This document shows positions 1 through 10,721 of a stretch of 64,000 nucleotides of DNA, piece by piece. The notes below the pieces were generated by a model that made no database searches, had not been told where the DNA came from, and saw only the letters and a program-made list of their open reading frames with translations. The stretch is from Neoechinorhynchus agilis. Lineage: Eukaryota; Animalia; Acanthocephala. The stretch lies in the NCBI GenBank assembly GCA_051530055.1, contig CM121341.1, positions 6,426,784 to 6,490,783 of the forward strand, written 5' to 3'. Each line of letters starts with the position of its first letter. Position 1 is the stretch's first letter. The translations under genes were made by a program, and so were the position numbers.

Positions 1-108
1 GAACGAATCTTAGTCATTCTTGTACACGGCCAACAGAGATTCGTTTCTCACTAAAGGGATAAAAATCGTGGACGACATCGCAAAATGCTTTGCTTCCACA
101 AATAATCA

Positions 109-520
109 TTAAGTCCTCCTACTTTTGGATGTTGTAGCTAAACTCCAAATCGGAAAATGGAGATCTTCTTCGATTTCGTGTGTACTTACAGTACGCAAAC
201 GGTGTTTTTTGACCTGGATTTCACCTCTTGCACTCGTACACAAGCGTCTATGTGTTTTGGGTGTCCAAGACATCTCTCGAGATTTTGTCCGCCATTTCTG
301 TATGCCTTCGGTCTTTGCGATCTTCGACGACAGGTGTAGCGTGAACGAGAAATATCGCACACGTACGGCTTCTCTCAAGTCTTTTATGTCTATGCCAAAG
401 CCTTCCAACATTGCAGACAGAATTCTTGTGAGCAACAGGCAAAGACATAATGTTGCTCATCGATTTGATCGTACAGTGTGAGTTCCATTGGTCTGAGACA
501 CTTGTAGATCTTTTGGTTTT
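109..520 (-). CDS. Possible multi-exon gene of unknown product (boundaries uncertain)
   Basis: Frame ...MELTL/ILSAMLEGFGIDIKDLREA/IAKTEGIQKWRTKSREMSW... can be joined across short GTACGA/GTACGT...AG segments like other introns here; no family recognised. Confidence 0.3.
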
Positions 521-771
521 AATCGATGGGGACGGAAGGTGAAATTCGCCACTCCAATCTTTATCAACATTTGGGACTTATCTACGTCGCAACATTCCTT
601 TTGGTTTCGTTCCCTATATAACGCTCATTGAGCAATAAAAACCCAATTACGTTCTCAGAAAATTCCCAAACAAACGAACGTTTTCCAATCACCCCTTTTA
701 ATGGAGCAAAAAATGGGCTAACGTCAAATCCCCCCTCCGCTATCACGACTACATTTCAGATTATTCTCTAA

Positions 772-2534
772 ATGGAGGATAAATCAGAAGAGGCATTAAA
801 GACGAAGATAAACGGTGAAGGATTGAGGCCGAACTACCGCGGGTCAGTAGAGCGTGGACTCAGTTTTAAGCAGAAGATAAGTGAGCACTGGAAAACGATA
901 AGACAAATGACCCAAGGAGTTGAAGAAGGCGCGGACGAGAGTGGTTTGAACAGAGGTTGATGAGTCCTTTTTGGTTAACGATGGAGGAGGAGGAGGAGGT
1001 AAGAGTACTTATTACTCATTGAATCTCTACGCACACCAACCTCTGGTTTTTACAATTTCGACGCGAAAAAACTCGAGGCTGAGTCGAAACTTAAGCGTTC
1101 TTAGACAACAACAGCGACCGGTGAGTACTCGAGATGGAGTGGCATTTCAACAAGAAAATTGCGATGAGAAAACGGGTAGGAGGAGTGGCCAGAAGTGGGG
1201 AGCGACGTTTTTGAACATCGTAGTGGAAGTGCTGAAGTTTAAAAAGGCGGGAATCGCAATAGATCAGAATGAGAGATCATTAAATGTACTAGGACGAGAT
1301 AATCAACCTCAACGTGAATGGTTCCAACTTGGAGGCCATCAAGGGACGTTTCTAGAAGGTCGAAATCCTGGATGGGTAATGAAACTTCTTTATGATAACG
1401 AGTATGACCAATATCAAGCAATGCAGTCCGATCCAATCGTAAATCTAATCCCACGATTCATTGGTGTTTGTCAAAGCGAACGGGACGAAAATGGATCGAA
1501 AAATGAGAAGATTAAAACGCGCGGTGAGTTCTTGTTTTTTAAAAAGGTTGCGAAGAATAAACGAGTGTAGACTACATTGAAATGGAGGATTTGCTCGCTC
1601 AGTTCAAACGACCCAATGTAATGGATGTAAAAATGGGAATTAGAACCTATCTCGAAGACGAGTTGGACAAATGCGAACAAACTTCGACTCCAAGGAATGA
1701 CCTGTTCATCAAAATGATTTCCATTGATCCCCTACAGCCAACACAATCGGAACGCGACGACAAAGCCGTTCTCAAATCACGGTATATGATCTGGAGGGAG
1801 AATCTCAGTTCTACTGCTAATCTCGGATTTCGGATTGAAGCCATTAAGGTTTTTTTGCCTGAAACACATCTTCTTTTTCTAATCAATCTAAACTTTAACG
1901 CTAGAAATCAGATGATGAGGCAAGAAAAGAGTATCAGCGCCTAAAAAGCAGAGAGGAAATAATAAGTCATATCGATTATTTCACAGGTTCATCAATATCG
2001 ATCGCCGTTCGTATCCATTATTAGAGTCCCTGAAAAAACGCACGACTATAAATAGGACAAGTTCAGAAAGCGATTACGTAAAATTCGATCAACTCTTCTA
2101 TCTTCAAAGTACTTCAAAACTCACGAGGTATTTTTTCTCGCTATTCAGCCAAATGTGCTTGATTTTCCTTAAAATAGTTCATCGGATCATCTCTTTTGTT
2201 TGTTTACGACCGTGAAGGTAATTCTGGCGTATGGATGATCGATTTTGCCAAAACGTGTCCTTTGGGAGAAGACATTAAAACGCTCACTCACACCAAAAAG
2301 TGGATTCATGGAAACCACGAAGATGGATATCTCATTGGACTAGACAATTTGATTTCTATATTTGACGAATTGGTACAAAAAACCCTGGTTGGAAACGAAA
2401 ATGGCCCAAGGAGAAGAAGTTCAGTCGGAGGGAATGCGAACGACAGACAGTCGTATTCTTCAATTGTACGGATTCGTCAGGGTTCTAAAAAACCTTTTAA
2501 CAGCGAAGCAACCGAGCGAACGGTTGATTTGTAG
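772..2534 (+). CDS. ITPK: Inositol-trisphosphate 3-kinase (IPK superfamily), multi-exon; 5' exons uncertain
   Basis: Motifs WFQLGGHQG, YIEMEDLL, PNVMDVKMGIRTY, GFRIEAIK, SSLLFVYD, WMIDFAKT; exons join in frame over four ~48-55 nt GT-AG introns. Confidence 0.9.
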
Positions 2535-2742
2535 ACTATAAAGTGCGAGCGAGATGTGAGTGGGTCTGATGGTAATATTTTTATATGTATGTACATGTAT
2601 TAATGGACGATTGGAGGAAAACTAACATTCTTACTTTTACTCTGTATCTATCGCCGCTATGTTGAAAAAAGAAGAATGGCTACGTGTTCTATTTACGGAA
2701 GGCCGTTTTTGAATGCCGAAAAAAGTGATCATTCCGTCTTAT

Positions 2743-4178
2743 AAAATGGTTTCTATTCAATTGAAATTCGCTTCTTCACTTTAAATACTCCATTTTTCCC
2801 AAACAAAATCTTAATTTAGAATTCAAGAAACACTTCGCTCTCGGCTAAAAATTTCGTCTTTGTGCCTTCCTACAAAATGGTTTCTATTCAATTGAAATTC
2901 GCCTATAAACTTTAAATACTCCATTGTTCCCAAACAAAATCTTAATTTAGAATTCAAGAAACACTTCGCTCTCGGCTCAAAATTTCTTCTTTGCGCCTTC
3001 CTACAAAATGGTTTCTTTTCAATTGAAATTCGCCCGTAAACTTTAAAAACTCCTTTGTTCCCAGGCAAAATCTTGATTTGGAATTCAAGAAACACTTCGC
3101 CCTCAGCTCAAAATTTCGTCTTTGTGCCTTCCTACAAAATGGTTTCTATTCAATTGAAATTCGCCTATAAACTTTAAAAACTCCATTGTTCCCAAACAAA
3201 ATCTTAATTTAGAATTCAAGAAACACTTTGCTCTCGGCTCAAAATTTCACCTTCTTTGCGCCTTCCTACAAAATGGTTTCTTTTCAATTGAAATTCGCCC
3301 GTAAACTTTAAAAACTCCTTTGTTCCCAGGCAAAATCTTGATTTGGAATTCAAGAAACACTTCGCCCTCAGCTCAAAATTTCGTCTTTGTGCCTTCCTAC
3401 AAAATGGTTTCTATTCAATTGAAATTCGCCCGTAAACTTTAAAAACTCCTTTGTTCCCAGGCAAAAATCTTGATTGCGAATTCAAGAAACACTTTGCTCT
3501 CGGCTCAAAATTTCACCTTCTTTGCGCCTTCCTACAAAATGGTTTCTATTCAATTGAAATTCGCCCGTAAACTTTAAAAACTCCTTTGTTCCCAGGCAAA
3601 ATCTTGATTTGGAATTCAAGAAACACTTCGCCCTCAGCTCAAAATTTCGTCTTTGTGCCTTCCTACAAAATGGTTTCTATTCAATTGAAATTCGCCCGTA
3701 AACTTTAAAAACTCCTTTGTTCCCAGGCAAAATCTTGATTGCGAATTCAAGAAACACTTTGCTCTCGGCTCAAAATTTCACCTTCTTTGCGCCTTCCTAC
3801 AAAATGGTTTCTATTCAATTGAAATTCGCTTCTTCACTTTAAATACTCCTTTGTTCCCAGACAAAATCTTGATTTCGAATTCAAGAAACACTTCGTTCTC
3901 AGCTCAAAATTTCGTCTTTGCGCCTTCCTACAAAATGGTTTCTATTCAATTGAAATTCGCCCGTAAACTTTAAAAACTCCTTTGTTTCCAGACAAAATCT
4001 TGATTTCGAATTCAAGAAACACTTTGCTCTCGGCTCAAAATTTCACCTTCTTTGCGCCTTCCTACAAAATGGTTTCTATTCAATTGAAATTCGCTTCTTC
4101 ACTTTAAATACTCCTTTGTTCCCAGACAAAATCTTGATTTCGAATTCAAGAAACACTTTGCTCTCGGCTCAAAATTTC
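2743..4178. repeat. Tandem satellite, ~131-bp unit, ~11 copies
   Basis: Unit core AAAATGGTTTCTATTCAATTGAAATTCGC...CAAGAAACAC recurs at about 2743, 2874, 3005, 3136 etc. Confidence 0.95.
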
Positions 4179-4329
4179 AATCCGTCGTACAATCATTCAA
4201 TTTTAGTCAATCCCTTTCTTGTCCGGCTTATTTATTTAGGCATAAAGCCAAACCAATTATAAATCAGAGAAGTGATACAACAACATAGTCTCTAATGCAC
4301 GGTTAAGAGTTTGTACATTCCTCCGGATC

Positions 4330-4394
4330 CTCAGATACCTCCCGAGGAGGCGGGACTCATCAGTGAGTTTCCTCCTTTCAGCGGTATTTCGTCC
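4330..4394 (-). ncRNA. Hammerhead ribozyme candidate with permuted strand order
   Basis: GGAC-GAAA-UACC ... CUCA-CUGAUGA-GUCC ... GGUA-UC-UGAG: complete core, stems I, II and III all Watson-Crick, AUC cleavage triplet. Confidence 0.7.
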
Positions 4395-4410
4395 TCTTTG
4401 GCTGTGCGTC

Positions 4411-4484
4411 ATTGGTGGTAACGGATTCGAACCACTTGACCCCTAATCGGGATCATGGGCATTAGTCCACTTGACCACCTCGAC
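4411..4484 (-). pseudogene. tRNA-derived sequence (SINE head or tRNA pseudogene), not a foldable tRNA
   Basis: Intact A/B boxes and T arm; acceptor and anticodon stems do not pair. Confidence 0.65.
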
Positions 4485-4543
4485 ACAACTACGAAATGTC
4501 AAACTCAGCCAGTTCATCGACTCAGGGATAGCGCCGTGTTCTA

Positions 4544-4717
4544 TATTTTTAAGTTTTACTGGCAAGCCGGTATGTTATGATCATTCAATTTTAGTCAATC
4601 CCTTTCTTGTCCGGCTTAATTATTTAGGCATAAAGCCATAAATAAGCCGGACAAGAAAGGGATTGACTAAAATTGAATGATCATAACATACCGGCTTGCC
4701 AGTAAAACTTAAAAATA
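4544..4717. repeat. Perfect 75-bp inverted repeat (foldback/MITE-like hairpin)
   Basis: 4544-4618 is the reverse complement of 4643-4717; the 24-nt spacer partly pairs (GGC-ATAAA-GCC). Confidence 0.95.
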
Positions 4718-4914
4718 CTGTTTTAAAAAATTGATTTTTCAAGGAAATACACATATTTGCTTAAGAAAGTTTTAATAATATCACTTTTTTCTTAGGTAAC
4801 TTGGCTATATTTGGTAAAATTGTTTTTGGTCCGTTAGTTGATTGATTTTTGATCGGCTAATTTGTAGTTGTTGTTTTCCGCTCTTTATTCCGAATCAATT
4901 CGCATTTCGAGGAT

Positions 4915-5473
4915 CTAACGGATGGCGAGGAACTGAAGGATGGAAAATGTTGAGGCGACGAGTGAGGAGAATGAAGACTCTCGGAGATCTTTAAAAAGAT
5001 TAGAGAGAGAGGTGTTTAAGTTTTTTGGAAAAGGTTCGAAGAGAGCGTTGGTACGATTGCGGACATATAAAAAGTACTTAAGGTCTTTGGATGATAATCC
5101 AAGAAATTGAAAGCGTTTAAGAAGATAGAGATTAATATACCTTTTTTGGAACAAAGTTGAACGACGCTTGTCGCACACTTTAGATTTTCTTGAAACAAAG
5201 GAGACACGATAGATAGGAAAAAAGAAGTGGTTGAACGGAAGGGCTATTTGAGATTGAGAGGACGATTTCAAAGAGGGTAAGACATTTAGAGGAGCAGAAT
5301 GCTTGAACGTGAGAAATCTCGTTGGAAGTAATTGTGAGTGCGAGAAGATCATCAGCATTCAAGAAGTATTTAGAATAAGAAGATAGGATGGAATAAGATC
5401 GTTCAGGAAAATGTTGAAAAGAATGGGGGAGATAACAGTTTTTTGGGAGTATCACAAAGGTTAACCTTCTCAT
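4915..5473 (-). mobile_element. Degenerate non-LTR retrotransposon (LINE) RT C-terminal fragment
   Basis: FLNADDLLAL resembles the YADD motif, followed by SSKC and, after a frameshift, FQFLGL (YKYLG-like thumb motif). Confidence 0.45.
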
Positions 5474-6411
5474 TTTCGATTACACCAAAAAACGTCACGG
5501 GTTTTCGACGGAAGAATTTCAAGATTATTCGTCACGGGAAAGCAACTAAAACGTTTCTAGATTACTGATTGAGCTTTTTTTTGAAATACCTCAATCGTTT
5601 TAATCGAAAAAATGGTTACTAGTTCTCCAATTTAAGGATGAGATTGGAAATTGTTGCTTGATGTCACAAATGAGAATCAAAAACCGATTAATTTCGAAGA
5701 ACGAAAACGCATTATCCGCAATTTTTGTGTTCTTCGGTGATTGTAAAAAAATAGAGACTGTTTTACTAACAACCTTAACAAATCAGACGAAACAAACGAA
5801 ATATTGGGAATTAACAGAAATCAATATCTATTCTTCTCATTACCAAAAAACACACAAAAACATGGATATAATTGAGCCGAGCTAAACATTTTAAGCTTTG
5901 AGAGTATTTAAGACTTTTTGTCATCCTACGAAGCGGGATCGTCAAACCCGAAGTTCGGTGATCAATTTTCCTTAATTTTTGTATTGATTTTTGACACTTC
6001 GCTGGCCGGCAGTTTAGATTTTTTTCAGATAACCGAAAACTCAATTTAGACCGGAGATATCAAAGTTTTACAAATGTACGGCTAAGTGGTTTAAAATAGG
6101 GCAAAATTAGTGTAGAATTACATAATTTTAGCTTTATGGTTTTTTCTCTAGCTCTATGTCAGAAATTTGGATACAATTGAGGTTTCTGATAATCGACGGC
6201 CCACTCTAATTTTCCTATAAATACTTCTCGAACAGTTTTGGCAATCATATCTTTATTGTTGATTTTGTAGGTTGTTTTGGATATATTGTCGAAAAACGTA
6301 AACTCTCACCGGAGCGCAAATATTTTACTGCAACTCCAGGGAGTCACGACTTTTTTTAAACGTTGCCTAACTTGAAAGATAAATTTTATTAGTCCATTCT
6401 TTTTTTTGAAG

Positions 6412-6864
6412 ATGAAACCGTCGCAAGCTCATGGGATGAACGCAGAATACAACAATGAAGCGACAGTCGAAATTGTCGAATCTTCCACGACAAGTGATTA
6501 CGGATACGAATCTCAAGCAACTACAGTTTCTGTGTCAGTATCAGAAGTGGAACTCGAGGAAGAAAGGGCCGTAGCCCGTTATATTGGGCGTCGTGCCGTT
6601 TCAAGACGCAATCGTATTATTGAGCTAGCCGCCATTTTGAACCAAGGATCAAGTGCTGTTGATGAAGAAAGTGGGGAGTCAAGCTTACTCGACATATTTG
6701 ATTACAGTATGAGAAGATCGATTCTTAGCCAGATATTCAAGAATCCTGAGCTCATGAAGGCGTGTAAAGCTTTAATTTCATTATCAGACGAGGAACAACA
6801 AAAACTAATGATGAACTTTAGAGCACGGTTTAGAAGAGAGAAACCATCCGAAAAACGGAACTGA
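6412..6864 (+). CDS. Hypothetical protein, ~150 aa, acidic Ser/Thr-rich N-terminus and helical C-terminus
   Basis: Uninterrupted ORF with coding-like composition in an AT-rich background; no family recognised. Confidence 0.5.
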   Translation: MKPSQAHGMNAEYNNEATVEIVESSTTSDYGYESQATTVSVSVSEVELEEERAVARYIGRRAVSRRNRIIELAAILNQGSSAVDEESGESSLLDIFDYSMRRSILSQIFKNPELMKACKALISLSDEEQQKLMMNFRARFRREKPSEKRN

Positions 6865-7014
6865 TATTCTCTAGAATACAACTATTTGATGAAATTTCAC
6901 GAGAAGAAAAGTCTAATTTTAGTTTGAAAATGTCCTAAACTCCCTTTTTTTTAAAAAAATTACAATTTTATTGTGTCTTTGTGTTTTGTTGATTAGAACT
7001 TGTTTTTCCGTTCA

Positions 7015-10000
7015 CTAGTTGACTTCTTCGGATGGCGTACAACCGAGAGCGATAGGTAAATCCGATATACTGGATTCTGCTTGATTATCACCTTCTTTTT
7101 CGGTCTCTTCGTCCTCTTGGCTTTTATCCTTAACGTCATAAATCCTGGCTTCATGAGGTCTTAATTTTAGAATCGGAGATGAATCATCTTTGCACGCGTC
7201 AGTATAATTAGACAATACGATTTTCCTTGTTTTCTTAACAATTTCACTCGGTACTGGATACTCCATTCCGTCGTCGGAATGGTTAAGGACAATTAACCAG
7301 AAGTTGTCAACCAAAGACCGATGATAAATGTAGATGTTCGGATGGCGACGGTCGTAATCGTGGTAGTCACCGTATACCATATGAGGATTCTTTTTTCTTA
7401 AAGACACTAACTGTCTATAGTACCAGAAGATTGAATTGCGATTTCGGAGAGCTAGAGCTACGTTTATATTCTGATAATTTGGATTTACTTTGATCCAAGG
7501 TTGTATGCCTTCACTTGTAAAACCAGCATTTGCCGTTGCGTTCCACTGCATTGGTGACCGAGAATTATCCCGACTTAGAGGTTTAAGTTGTTCCAAAATA
7601 TCGTTCGGGGTTTCAGGCCCTTCCATATCTAAAATTTCTCTATACTTGTTCTTCATCATGATATCATTATAGTCGTCGATGGTTTCATAATCTACGCCGG
7701 TCATTCCAATCTCCTCGCCCTGAAAGATGTATGGCATTCCAGGAAGAGTGTGGAGCATGGTAGCTAACAGTTTAGCCGATTGAATTCGGTACTCGTGGTC
7801 ATTACCAAATCTCGTCACTTGGCGAGTATGGTCGTGGTTGTTAAGGAATTGAGAATTCCAGCCTTTAGTGAAAGGAAATGGTTTTGATAGAGATCACCCA
7901 ATTCGTCACCAAATCCTTCGTACCCCACATAACGCAATACCATTCATACTGGATACTCTTGTACTGAATGAGGTCCATGGTCTCCATAACGTCGCAAACT
8001 TGGAAATGGAACAAAGTGTTTAGTTCGTTGCGTTCCTCTCCAACGTACAAAAGTCCCTCCTCGGGACTGATGAAAGGCATCTCACCAACCGTAAAAACCG
8101 AATAATGCTTCAAAACTTCCTCGTTCATCTCTTGAAGGAAGTCGTGGATTCCGGGGTTATTGCCCAAGTAGCTAATATCAACCGGATTTTCGGCGTCGGC
8201 CAGCTCCTTCTTAGCTAAAAGAACAATTGCATCCATCCGAAATCCGTCGACTCCGCGGTCTAACCACCATCGCATCGAATCATAAATGGCTGTCCGCACT
8301 TCCTTGTTGTCCCAGTTCAAATCTGGCTGTTCAACCCCAAACGAATGAAAATAATACTGATTGGTTAGAACCGTGACTTTAGGTCGGACGATCAATGAAA
8401 ACTACCGAATTACACACACAATATTACTTTCGCTATTTATGGTCGAAATTCGTCTCGTTCATTCGGATAACAACAAAAAATGATACCGAACAAGTACAAA
8501 ACAACGAATTTTTACGTCCTTTGCCCTTTATAAAAAACAGAGCAATTTAAAAGGTAAATCATCGGATGATTTAGATACCTCGGGAAAACTTAACGGTCGT
8601 CAGATTTCGAAGAGATTCTAAAAGACAATATGGACATTTTGATCGATTTTAACAACCTTTTTTATGATGCTGCCGACGAAAAGAAATCCAAGAACCTAAG
8701 CCACTGATTTAAGTCGTCGTACTTCCAAATTCTTCGCTATTTATGGTCTAAATTCGTCTCGTTCGTTCGGATAACAACAAAAAATGATACTGAACAAGTA
8801 CAAAACAACGAATTTTTACGTCCTTTGCCCTTTATAAAAAACAGAGCAATTTAAAAGGTAAATCATCGGATGATTTAGATACCTCGGGAAAACTTAACGG
8901 TCGTCAGATTTCGAAGAGACTTCTAAAAGACAATATGGACATTTTGATCGATTTTAACAACCTTTTTTATGATGCTGCCGACGAAAAGAAATCCAAGAAC
9001 CTAAGCCACTGATTTAAGTCGTCGTACTTCAAATTCTTCGCTATTTATGGTCTAAATTCGTCTCGTTCGTTCGGATAACAACAAAAAATGATACTGAACA
9101 AGTACAAAACAACGAATTTTTACGTCCTTTGCCCTTTATAAAAAACAGAGCAATTTAAAAGGTAAATCATCGGATGATTTAGATACCTCGGGAAAACTTA
9201 ACGGTCGTCAGATTTCGAAGAGACTTCTAAAAGACAATATGGACATTTTGATCGATTTTAACAACCTTTTTATGATGCTGCCGACGAAAAGAAATCCAAG
9301 AACCTAAGCCACTGATTTAAGTCGTCGTACTTCCAAATTCTTCGCTATTTATGGTCTAAATTCGTCTCGTTCGTTCGGATAACAACAAAAAATGATACTG
9401 AACAAGTACAAAACAACGAATTTTTACGTCCTTTGCCCTTTATAAAAAACAGAGCAATTTAAAAGGTAAATCATCGGATGATTTAGATACCTCGGGAAAA
9501 CTTAACGGTCGTCAGATTTCGAAGAGACTTCTAAAAGACAATATGGACATTTTGATCGATTTTAACAACCTTTTTTATGATGCTGCCGACGAAAAGAAAT
9601 CCAAGAACCTAAGCCACTGATTTAAGTCGTCGTACTTCCAAATTCTTCGCTATTTATGGTCTAAATTCGTCTCGTTCGTTCGGATAACAACAAAAAATGA
9701 TACTGAACAAGTACAAAACAACGAATTTTTACGTCCTTTGCCCTTTATAAAAAACAGAGCAATTTAAAAGGTAAATCATCGGATGATTTAGATACCTCGG
9801 GAAAACTTAACGGTCGTCAGATTTCGAAGAGACTTCTAAAAGACAATATGGACATTTTGATCGATTTTAACAACCTTTTTTATGATGCTGCCGACGAAAA
9901 GAAATCCAAGAACCTAAGCCACTGATTTAAGTCGTCGTACTCCCAAGTGCTGGGTGTAAAGTACGATTGCCAATTGGTGGGTGGATCATTATTGGCGGTT

Positions 10001-10575
10001 GGATCTCGCCAAATATACCAATCGCGTTTTGGATTATCTTTACTCGATCGACTTTCTAGAAACCATTCGTGTTTGTAGGAGGTATGATTGACGACCAGAT
10101 CGATTATAAGTTTCATTCTTCTTGAATGGATCTCCCAAAGAAGCCGATCAAACGTTTCAATATCGCCAGCGATCTTCATAACGCTCGTGTAATTGCTCAC
10201 ATCGTATCCATTGTCATAGTCTGGAGACTCATAGAAAGGATTAAGCCAAATTATACCAACTCCTAGCGATCGAATATAGTCTAATTTGTCGATAACGCCC
10301 TGGAGATCACCGATTCCATCGTTGTTGGAGTCGTAAAAACTACGCCAATAAACTTGATAGACGACAGCCTCTTTCCACCAAGTTCGCTTGATTATAATAT
10401 TCTTTTGACGGCTCTCATAGCTATCATCGGAAAAAAGACACAGTGACGGATTCCGTAAAAAACTACTCATTCTTCTATTGCCAAGCATTGCATCTTGGTC
10501 GAACATTGTTGATATTCGTGTCAATGGATTGTTCGTGATGGCAGCTGTACTTCTCCTTTGACCATCATCGTTCAT
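7015..10575 (-). CDS. GH13 alpha-glucosidase, oligo-1,6-glucosidase (MalL-like) type; three coding blocks (10575-~9922, ~8356-7924, 7862-7015)
   Basis: WWKEAVVYQVY.RSFYDSN.DGIGDL, DLVVNHTS, EQPDLNW, GFRMDAI (nucleophile D), VGEMP (acid/base E), NNHDH (stabiliser D), SRDNSRSPMQW; intron 7923-7863 is canonical, first junction unresolved. Confidence 0.9.
8429..9945. repeat. Tandem repeat, ~305-bp unit x5, inside the first GH13 intron
   Basis: CCACTGATTTAAGTCGTCGTAC at 8701, 9006, 9309, 9614, 9919. Confidence 0.95.
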
Positions 10576-10721
10576 CTACGGGATTATTGAACACTTTCAG
10601 TGAGTGGAAAACACGAAGAAACACACGACCCAAACGACCGGAAAATCGAATGGAAGCCGTTGCGCGGAGTGCATTGACGGAGGAATGTTTCCTTGACGAG
10701 TTTTAGTTCTTTCGTTTTTGT

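Larger units (their letters stand above)
4192..4484 (-). mobile_element. SINE/retrozyme-like element: tRNA-derived Pol III head plus hammerhead-like ribozyme, ending in a 59-bp segment repeated at 4580-4638
   Basis: A box TGGTCAAGTGG (4477-4467), B box GGTTCGAATCC (4433-4423), hammerhead core 4394-4330, 59-bp direct repeat 4192-4250 = 4580-4638 (1 mismatch). Confidence 0.6.

Noticed and set aside
2743-4178. Regular repeats as a possible CRISPR array
   Set aside because: No unique spacers, whole units repeat, eukaryotic context; also true of the other arrays
4411-4484. Functional tRNA gene
   Set aside because: Acceptor stem GTCGAGG/ACCACCA and anticodon arm do not pair; only the promoter boxes and T arm survive
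4920-5470. Purine-rich plus strand with in-frame stops suggesting an alternative genetic code
   Set aside because: Better explained as the complement of a decayed LINE RT; recognised genes read well in the standard code
7015-10575. Bacterial contamination or chimeric contig as the source of the GH13 gene
   Set aside because: It has a canonical 61-nt intron with the host-type GTACGA donor and is embedded among host repeats
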